Virus record (IMG/VR): IMGVR_UViG_3300045988_042395
Location: 1 to 13,801 of that record
Length of the DNA: 13,801 nt
Direction: 5' to 3' (one strand)
Source of the DNA: a virus
Below the pieces are notes generated by a model. It was not told the origin of the DNA and searched no databases. It saw only the letters and a program-made list of their open reading frames with translations. How positions within the stretch are numbered: the first letter of the stretch is position 1; each line of letters starts with the position of its first letter. The position numbers were made by a program, and so were the translations under genes. Below, in pieces: positions 1-5,905 of the stretch.

Positions 1-180
1 GATAATAGCAGATTGCACAAAAATTTATTCCCCAACAGCCAAAACTTTGTGCAAAATGTCAATAGACACAAAATATAGTGCCCATACCCCTCAGGGTAGG
101 GGAGTACAGCAATTTTTACAATGTAAATAGCAATTTTTACAATGTAAATAGCAATTTTTACAATGTAAATAGCAACATAT
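1..180. repeat. Left inverted terminal repeat (180 bp)
   Basis: Bases 1-180 equal the reverse complement of 13643-13801 base for base, except that the left copy has one additional 21-bp unit. Degenerate similarity continues to about 185. Confidence 0.95.
108..175. repeat. 21-bp tandem repeat AGCAATTTTTACAATGTAAAT, 3 full copies plus 5 bp
   Basis: Exact copies lie at 108-128, 129-149 and 150-170, then AGCAA at 171-175. Each unit contains the 13-bp palindrome TTTACA-A-TGTAAA (115-127, 136-148, 157-169). Confidence 0.95.
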
Positions 181-185
181 GCAAT
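115..185 (+). promoter_or_regulatory. Phased array of SigA/sigma70-like promoters created by the 21-bp repeat
   Basis: The first pair is -35 TTTACA (115-120), a 17-nt spacer and -10 TACAAT (138-143). The same pair recurs at 136-141 / 159-164. A weaker third pair has TTTACA at 157-162 and TGCAAT at 180-185. All read inward toward the first gene. Confidence 0.5.
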
Positions 186-193
186 TTAGTGTA

Positions 194-202
194 TGGTATA
201 AT
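194..202 (+). promoter_or_regulatory. Extended -10 element TGGTATAAT
   Basis: TGnTATAAT lies at 194-202, just inside the unique region and 77 nt upstream of the first ATG. No good -35 is present; the 174-179 position reads AACATA. Confidence 0.4.
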
Positions 203-278
203 ATAGACAATGAAAAAGAAGTCATGATTAAAATCACTTTAACCGGTGATAACATTACTCTTGATGGAGGTGCTATAA

Positions 279-551
279 ATGGAACTGCGTAAATTCATTA
301 TTGAGATTCACCCGGATGGCAAATTGACGTGGTGCGAGTACGAGGACCCGAAAGACGCTAATCGAGCCGCACTAGATCGAGCGTGGTTCGATGGTTATCG
401 ACAAGTCCTCGAGCATTGTGACGAGCAGGTAAAATATTTAAAGAAGTTTAAAGATATTTGCCTCTCATCTAAACTTATGTACTATGGAGCTAAATCTGTC
501 CAAGAGGCGTTATTATCTTCTTACTGTGAATACATTAAAGGGAAACACTAA
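279..551 (+). CDS. Hypothetical early protein (90 aa)
   Basis: The ORF is preceded by GGAGG (266-270), 8 nt before the ATG. It is the first gene after the left-end promoters. I recognise no motif. Confidence 0.7.
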   Translation: MELRKFIIEIHPDGKLTWCEYEDPKDANRAALDRAWFDGYRQVLEHCDEQVKYLKKFKDICLSSKLMYYGAKSVQEALLSSYCEYIKGKH

Positions 552-557
552 GTCGAA

Positions 558-596
558 ACGGCCTCCGGGCCGTCTACCGGGACCGCCCGCCCGGTA
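558..596 (+). promoter_or_regulatory. Twin GC-rich hairpins in the intergenic region
   Basis: Hairpin 1 pairs ACGGCC (558-563) with GGCCGT (568-573) around the loop TCCG. Hairpin 2 pairs TACCGGG (575-581) with CCCGGTA (590-596) around an 8-nt loop. No U-tract follows either hairpin. Confidence 0.3.
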
Positions 597-634
597 CTGA
601 TGATGACAGGGCACATAATGAAAGGAGCTATATT

Positions 635-1069
635 ATGTCTGAATCAATGATGAAGTTCGAGAACCACGGCGCCATGATGGTGTCCGATGTGATGAATACC
701 GGTGTGGGGTATACCGATATGAACCTCTCTGACCGCTCTGCCGCGGTGGCATTCTACAATGCTACAAGCAACCCCGTCAACAAGCTGAAGGAGCACGTCA
801 ATGAGGTGCTGTCGCTGGTTCATGTGTCCGTGGAGTGCGTGGAGGTCAGCAAGGATGACGTTCCTGAGGGCCGAACGATTGCCCCGCGTGTTGTCCTCCT
901 TACCGATGACGGGCAGTCGTACGCCTGCGTTTCCGTTGGTGTATATCAGTCTTTGAAACGGATGTTTACGCTGCTTGGCACTCCTGATACATGGACGGAA
1001 CCGGTGAAGATCAAACCTGTGCTGATTAGCACCAAAAAAGGACAGGTTTTGTCTTTGAACTTGGTTTAA
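635..1069 (+). CDS. Putative phage ssDNA-binding protein (OB-fold, small-phage SSB-like), 144 aa
   Basis: The RBS AAAGGAG (621-627) lies 7 nt before the ATG. The gene sits in the replication block upstream of the TP and polymerase genes. The sequence pattern (..VHVSVECVEV...PRVVLLTDDGQSYACVSVGVYQSLKRM..) resembles Gram-positive phage SSB families as I remember them. This has not been verified. Confidence 0.4.
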   Translation: MSESMMKFENHGAMMVSDVMNTGVGYTDMNLSDRSAAVAFYNATSNPVNKLKEHVNEVLSLVHVSVECVEVSKDDVPEGRTIAPRVVLLTDDGQSYACVSVGVYQSLKRMFTLLGTPDTWTEPVKIKPVLISTKKGQVLSLNLV

Positions 1070-1077
1070 TCTAACCA

Positions 1078-1112
1078 ATGGCCGCCGCACATGCGGCGGC
1101 CATATTTATTAT
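1078..1112 (+). terminator. Rho-independent terminator candidate
   Basis: An 11-bp GC-rich stem pairs ATGGCCGCCGC (1078-1088) with GCGGCGGCCAT (1093-1103) around the loop ACAT. It is followed by ATTTATTAT. Confidence 0.6.
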
Positions 1113-1124
1113 AGGAGGCACCCT

Positions 1125-1346
1125 ATGAAAAGTAAAGATAACAGAGCATCTTTGCTAAACTGCGGCGATTCCATGATATATCTTGCCTCTGCCATTGTAT
1201 ATAGTGGAGTCACAACCAATGATGTTAAGTTTTTCCGCTCTGAATGGGCCAAAATTATTTTCAACGGATTGGGCATTGAAGCGGATCCTCTGGACTGGTA
1301 TTATATGATTTTAGATAGAAAGGGGGGGCAAGAAACATGGCAGTAG
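1125..1346 (+). CDS. Hypothetical early protein (73 aa)
   Basis: GGAGG (1114-1118) lies 6 nt before the ATG. The ORF overlaps the next ORF by 10 nt. I recognise no motif. Confidence 0.6.
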   Translation: MKSKDNRASLLNCGDSMIYLASAIVYSGVTTNDVKFFRSEWAKIIFNGLGIEADPLDWYYMILDRKGGQETWQ

Positions 1347-1936
1347 GCGCAGCTAAAGCAAGTGCAACCCTTAAATACAGCTCCGAGCTGTACACCCCCT
1401 ATGCGTTGGAATCGTGGCCTGATAAGCAGATGCGCAAAGAATATACACGACTGCGCGATATTGCGCAGAAACGTATTAGGCGCCTATCAAAAGACCCCAT
1501 TAGCGGCACAAGCGACATTTATAAAGAATTCGCCGGAGGTTTCCCAACCCTAAAGGCAATGCGCGGAGACCGTAAAGCATTGGAGCAGGCGTTAGCGGAT
1601 GTAGCGCGTTTTGTGCGCTCTAAAGGTTCCACAGTAGGCGGTGCCCGTGAGGAATTCAAGCAAAAAATGAAAGTTGGGGGTATTGATGTAGCCGACGTGC
1701 CCGAGGATCAGTACACGGCCCTGTCGGAATGGTGGGAGATCGTGAAAGCATCGGGCGTATACTATTATCCGTCCGATCAGCCGGTTATATACTGGCGCGA
1801 GAGAGGAGGCTACAATGTCAGTATTGACGATTTTGTAAAGTGGCAGCAAGGCGAGGTTAACTATGGTAAAGAATGGGACTACAGCGGCAGCAGCAGTTCC
1901 GCCGACCTGCGCGGAGGTTTTGGAGGCGGCTTGTAA
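1337..1936 (+). CDS. Candidate terminal protein (TP) for protein-primed replication, 199 aa
   Basis: The ORF lies immediately upstream of the protein-primed polymerase ORF and overlaps it, as the TP gene does in phi29. It has a basic N-terminal segment (KEYTRLRDIAQKRIRRLSK) reminiscent of the phi29 TP N-terminus, and a Ser-rich, acidic and aromatic C-terminus. The call rests on position and composition only. Confidence 0.5.
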   Translation: MAVGAAKASATLKYSSELYTPYALESWPDKQMRKEYTRLRDIAQKRIRRLSKDPISGTSDIYKEFAGGFPTLKAMRGDRKALEQALADVARFVRSKGSTVGGAREEFKQKMKVGGIDVADVPEDQYTALSEWWEIVKASGVYYYPSDQPVIYWRERGGYNVSIDDFVKWQQGEVNYGKEWDYSGSSSSADLRGGFGGGL

Positions 1937-3953
1937 TTATAACCCTGTCCCGTGGCTTATGGAGCATTTAGACCGCAAACACACAAAAGGCAAGAAACGC
2001 AAAACGAACAAGAGGCGCTTATATGTGAATATGCCGTGTGCGTTTGATATTGAGACTAGCCGAGTATGTGTTGACGCGGACGACAATCCCCACACCATAA
2101 TGTATATTTGGCAGTGTCAACTCGGTCTGGATATTACCATTATTGGTAGGACTTGGGACGAGTGGCTGAACTTCACGGGAGCAATCAGCGACTATTTGCA
2201 AGCAAACAGCGGTCCGCAGGGTGACTGGTTTCTGTGTATGTACGTTCACAATCTTGCACATGAATTTCAATATTTATCGGGTATACTGGATTTTGGGCCC
2301 GGGGATGTATTCGCCAGCAAACCGCGCAGGGTCTTAAAATGTGATAACCGCGCTATAGAATACAGATGCAGTATGCGACACAGCAATTTATCCCTTGATG
2401 CTTGGGGCAAACAGCTTGGTGCCCCTCATGCCAAACTGACCGGAGCACTTGATTACTCAAAGGTCCGATACCCATGGACTCCCTTAACGTCTACAGAATT
2501 AGCGTATTGTATCAATGATGTCAGGTGTATTGTGGAGTGCCTGTTAATCGAGATGCACCGTGATGGCGATGACCTGTACACTCTGCCATTGACGCGCACC
2601 GGGTATGTCAGGCGAATGGCTCGAGAGGCTATGTACGAATGGGGCATTAAAAGGGTCAGGCGCCTGTTGCCATCATGGGACCTATACCAGATGCTGCGGG
2701 AAGCGTTCCGAGGAGGTGACACGCACGCAAACCGCTATTATGTAGGGTTGCATTTGGAAAACGTGGGTTCCGTGGATATGTCGAGTGCATACCCAGCCGT
2801 ACAATGTGAATGTTATTTTCCTATGACTCCATTTAGGAAGGAACCTGCCACCGTAGGGCGTTTGATGCAATGTATGAGGCACGGCAAGGCTTGCTTGATG
2901 CGCTTGCAAGTAAAAGGTTTGCGCCAACGCTTTAAGTGGTGGGGGTTTCCGTATATCCCCCTTGCAAAGGTTCGACATTGTGAAGGATACATTAACGACA
3001 ATGGCCGTCTGCTGTCTGCTGAACATTTCGAGATTACCATAACTGATATAGATTTTAGAATCATTGCTAAAGAGTATGACTGGGACGCCCTTAATGTTCG
3101 GGATCTGTACACGTCCGATTATGGCAAACTGCCACCGCCCTTGACGGATTGTATAAAAGAGAGTTATACCGGCAAGACATCCCTTAAAGGGGTGGCCGGT
3201 CAAAATTTGTATTATGTTAAGGCTAAGAACGATCTCAATAGCTATTACGGCATGACCGCCCAGGACCCCTTGCAGCTGGACACACTTTTTGACGAGGACG
3301 ACCCCGACAATCTTTGGAGCGAGTGTACCGATGACCCGGAGGGCAGTTATAACGAGCATCGCCCCCACTTGTTTTTGCCTTACCAATGGGGCGTCTGGAC
3401 AACGGCCCACACCCGCAAGCGCCTAAAAATAGCGCAATGGGCCGCGGGCAAGAATGGGGTTTACTGCGACACTGACAGCGTCAAATACATGGGCAATATT
3501 GATTTGTCGGACTTTAACAAAGCCGTAAAGCAGCTCGCAAAAGACAATGGCGCTTGTGCCACCGACCCAAAAGGCAACACTCATTATATGGGTGTGTACG
3601 AGCAGGAGCACAGCTATGCGGAGTTTATGACATGGGGCGCAAAAAAATACGCGACTACCTATAGAAAGGGAGGGCCGATCACTACTACCATAGCAGGAGT
3701 TAGCAAACGGAAAGGCGGTTTGGAGCTGGCCCTGTGGGGCGGTTTTGATGTATTTAAGCCCGGGTTTACTTTTTGTTTGGCTGCAGGAAATCAGGTTATT
3801 TATAATGATCGCCCCAATGTGCCCGATTTTGTGGTAGATGGACATACAGTCCACATCACCCGCAATTTGTGTATTTGTGATAATACCTATACACTCGGCA
3901 TCACGGACGAGTATGCAAAGATACTCGGGTATAAGATCATGGAGGTTATATAA
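1863..3953 (+). CDS. Family-B DNA polymerase, protein-primed type
   Basis: The recognisable motifs are ExoI FDIETS, ExoII-like HNLAHEF, ExoIII YCINDV, motif A DMSSAYP, motif B KNDLNSYYG, motif C YCDTDS and a KKY motif. The ATG at 1863 has GAGG 6 nt upstream. An alternative ATG at 1959, downstream of the TP stop, has no RBS. Confidence 0.93.
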   Translation: MVKNGTTAAAAVPPTCAEVLEAACNYNPVPWLMEHLDRKHTKGKKRKTNKRRLYVNMPCAFDIETSRVCVDADDNPHTIMYIWQCQLGLDITIIGRTWDEWLNFTGAISDYLQANSGPQGDWFLCMYVHNLAHEFQYLSGILDFGPGDVFASKPRRVLKCDNRAIEYRCSMRHSNLSLDAWGKQLGAPHAKLTGALDYSKVRYPWTPLTSTELAYCINDVRCIVECLLIEMHRDGDDLYTLPLTRTGYVRRMAREAMYEWGIKRVRRLLPSWDLYQMLREAFRGGDTHANRYYVGLHLENVGSVDMSSAYPAVQCECYFPMTPFRKEPATVGRLMQCMRHGKACLMRLQVKGLRQRFKWWGFPYIPLAKVRHCEGYINDNGRLLSAEHFEITITDIDFRIIAKEYDWDALNVRDLYTSDYGKLPPPLTDCIKESYTGKTSLKGVAGQNLYYVKAKNDLNSYYGMTAQDPLQLDTLFDEDDPDNLWSECTDDPEGSYNEHRPHLFLPYQWGVWTTAHTRKRLKIAQWAAGKNGVYCDTDSVKYMGNIDLSDFNKAVKQLAKDNGACATDPKGNTHYMGVYEQEHSYAEFMTWGAKKYATTYRKGGPITTTIAGVSKRKGGLELALWGGFDVFKPGFTFCLAAGNQVIYNDRPNVPDFVVDGHTVHITRNLCICDNTYTLGITDEYAKILGYKIMEVI

Positions 3954-4378
3954 TGAACAACGCATTGTTTACAAGCAAAACGGGACTGTGGGAAACTCCA
4001 CAAGAATTTTTCGACAAGCTAAACCGGGAGTTTGATTTCACATTAGACGCTTGTGCGACACCAGAGAATGCCAAGTGTATAAACTTTTATTCTCCAGAGC
4101 AAGACGGCCTGAGCATGCCGTGGAATGGGCGCGTTTGGTGCAATCCGCCGTATGGCAGACAGGTTGGCCAGTGGGTCAAAAAAGCGTATATGAGCGCACA
4201 GACCGGAGCCCTTGTGGTGATGCTGCTGCCCGCTAGAACCGACACTGCATGGTTCCACGATTATATTTACCGGAGAGCGGAGATCCGTTTTGTTAGAGGA
4301 AGACTAAAGTTTGGAGGAAGCAGAAACAGTGCTCCATTCCCTTCCATGGTATGTGTTTTTAGGGGGGGACAAAGATGA
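3953..4378 (+). CDS. Phage Dam-type DNA N6-adenine methyltransferase (141 aa)
   Basis: The protein carries the NPPY catalytic motif (WCNPPYG). Its N-terminal WETPQEFFDKLNREFDFTLDACAT and its C-terminal ARTDTAWFH...GRLKF match the phage N-6-adenine-methyltransferase family. The start overlaps the polymerase stop (TAATG). Confidence 0.88.
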   Translation: MNNALFTSKTGLWETPQEFFDKLNREFDFTLDACATPENAKCINFYSPEQDGLSMPWNGRVWCNPPYGRQVGQWVKKAYMSAQTGALVVMLLPARTDTAWFHDYIYRRAEIRFVRGRLKFGGSRNSAPFPSMVCVFRGGQR

Positions 4379-5436
4379 TTAAACTTTACACCGAAGATGG
4401 TTGGCCTAATTTCTCCGAGGATGACGGCATCTTGTCCACCGGAGCATCTATTATTTTTATATGGGGCGGACGTGGTACCGGCAAGACCTACGGAGCGCTA
4501 AAGCACGTGCACCAGACCGAGGAAGAATTTCTATATCTGCGCCGCACGCCGCAGCAGGCGGAACTTATTTGCGCCTCGCCCAGTATGTGGCCGTGGTCTC
4601 CATTGAATGACGATTTGCAAACGCATTACGCCCCGTTCAAATTGCCCAAAATAGCAGGACTGTATGAAGTGGGCAATGCAGGAGCCTACACGGATACAGG
4701 AGCGCCCATAAAACCGGCCAAGATGTCGGGCGTAGTGGGTAGTGTGGTGACTCTTGCTCGCACCCGTGGTTTTTCAAGCCCCCATACCAATATAATTATT
4801 TTGGACGAGTATCAGAAAGAAGAGTCCGACTATTACCGGCGGGGTGAGGGCGTGGGCCTTGCCAACATTTATGAAACGGTCAACCGTAACCGCGAATTGC
4901 AAGGGCAAAAGCCCCTGACGCTGTTATGTATGTCAAACGCTGTTGGCATGGCGAACCCCTATTATATGCAGTGGGAAATTACAGATACGGTTGAAAAGAT
5001 GATCGGCAAGAAAGAGCGCGTCAAGCTGTTGGCCGATAAAGGGATTCTTTTGATTGATCTAGTGGACAGCCCTATTGCAAAAGAGAAAGCCAATACGGCC
5101 CTCTATAGGTCCATGACCGGAACGGACTTTTATAGGTCCGCTATTGAAAACCAGTACAGCGCCGAGGAGAAAAGTCTTGTTGTATCCCGGCCCCTCCGGG
5201 AATACTACCCACTTGTTCAAATCGGGCGGTGCTGCATCTATGAGCACAAGAGTAAACCCCTCTACTATGTGTGTCGGCATCGGTCCGGCGAGATGCCCAC
5301 ATACGGCACCGGCGATTATGAGCGTAAACGATTCAGGGCCGCGTATGGGTATATCTGGCCCGCGTATTTGCAGAGGCAAATTGAGTTTGAGCGATACTCG
5401 GATGAAATTTTCTTTCGTGAGTATTGTGGTACTTGA
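4375..5436 (+). CDS. DNA encapsidation (packaging) ATPase, phi29 gp16-like
   Basis: It has Walker A GGRGTGKT and Walker B IIILDEY. The segment LLCMSNAVGMANPYY resembles the gp16 segment CICLSNAVSVVNPYF as I remember it. An ATGA start/stop overlap joins it to the methyltransferase gene. Confidence 0.9.
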   Translation: MIKLYTEDGWPNFSEDDGILSTGASIIFIWGGRGTGKTYGALKHVHQTEEEFLYLRRTPQQAELICASPSMWPWSPLNDDLQTHYAPFKLPKIAGLYEVGNAGAYTDTGAPIKPAKMSGVVGSVVTLARTRGFSSPHTNIIILDEYQKEESDYYRRGEGVGLANIYETVNRNRELQGQKPLTLLCMSNAVGMANPYYMQWEITDTVEKMIGKKERVKLLADKGILLIDLVDSPIAKEKANTALYRSMTGTDFYRSAIENQYSAEEKSLVVSRPLREYYPLVQIGRCCIYEHKSKPLYYVCRHRSGEMPTYGTGDYERKRFRAAYGYIWPAYLQRQIEFERYSDEIFFREYCGT

Positions 5437-5461
5437 CTTTTTTATACGGTTAGTATATATT
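5433..5461 (+). promoter_or_regulatory. Candidate late promoter TTGACT-N17-TATATT
   Basis: The -35 TTGACT (5433-5438) overlaps the ATPase stop codon. A 17-nt spacer separates it from the -10 TATATT (5456-5461). Confidence 0.5.
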
Positions 5462-5467
5462 AAAGTT

Positions 5468-5537
5468 AATCCCAGGTGCCCACAGGCAGCCCCCAGAAGG
5501 GGCGGGCATGCGTCAGCCAGCGCAAGAACCTGGGATT
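5468..5537 (+). promoter_or_regulatory. Structured RNA element (three-way junction): late-mRNA 5' leader or a small RNA
   Basis: The 10-bp outer stem pairs 5468-5477 with 5528-5537. Inner helix 1 pairs 5478-5481 with 5504-5507 and 5489-5493 with 5499-5503, leaving a 7-nt bulge. Inner helix 2 pairs 5509-5512 with 5521-5524. The structure starts about where the 5433-5461 promoter would initiate. Confidence 0.35.
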
Positions 5538-5567
5538 TACTTGTATCTGTATGGGAGGTGATGTTAT

Positions 5568-5903
5568 ATGAACGTTTATGCAATTCTGGCCGTTCTGGTG
5601 TTTATTGGTATGGATGTTGTCAGTGGGTTGGTGAAAGCCTTTTCTACCACGGGTTTCGATTCCGGCGTGATGCGTCAGGGGTTTTATCACAAACTCGGTG
5701 AAGTTCTGGCCGTGGGGTTGCTTGCAGCCGCTGATTTTTACTTGCCTATTGTGGGCGTCAATGTCGATGTGTCTTTCTCGGTCATCGGTTGCACCTATTT
5801 TGTCTTGATGGAAATTGGCAGCATCATCGAGAATATCGGAACGATCAACCCTGAATTGGTGGGGCCTCTCACCAAAATTTTTGCAAAACTCAAGGGGGGT
5901 TAA
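5568..5903 (+). CDS. Holin (phage_holin_4_1-like, about 3 TM segments), 111 aa
   Basis: GGAGG (5554-5558) lies 9 nt upstream of the start. Three hydrophobic segments are visible. The motifs MDVVSGLVKA, GFDS and FVLMEIGSIIENI are typical of the Gram-positive phage lysis holin family. Confidence 0.85.
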   Translation: MNVYAILAVLVFIGMDVVSGLVKAFSTTGFDSGVMRQGFYHKLGEVLAVGLLAAADFYLPIVGVNVDVSFSVIGCTYFVLMEIGSIIENIGTINPELVGPLTKIFAKLKGG

Positions 5904-5905
5904 CC

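Noticed and set aside
85-98. A small hairpin TACCC-CTCA-GGGTA in the ITR
   Set aside because: It has only 5 bp, so it is expected by chance, and nothing else supports a function.
108-175. A possible CRISPR array, given the short identical repeats
   Set aside because: The repeats are directly contiguous with no spacers and only 2-3 units. They lie inside the ITR, and there are no cas genes.
210-292. Mini-ORFs in the 5' leader (MKKKS at 210-227 and a 22-aa ORF at 224-292)
   Set aside because: They have no convincing RBS, and the second overlaps the well-supported start at 279. They are probably fortuitous.
2682-3965. Long minus-strand ORFs (242 aa and 180 aa) inside the polymerase gene
   Set aside because: They are antisense to a gene with all the PolB motifs, and they have no RBS or recognisable motif.
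5144-5701. A 185-aa + strand ORF that spans the ATPase 3' end, the intergenic region and the holin start
   Set aside because: It is out of frame with two well-supported genes, crosses the promoter and structured region, has no RBS, and has an Arg/Pro/Ser-rich composition.
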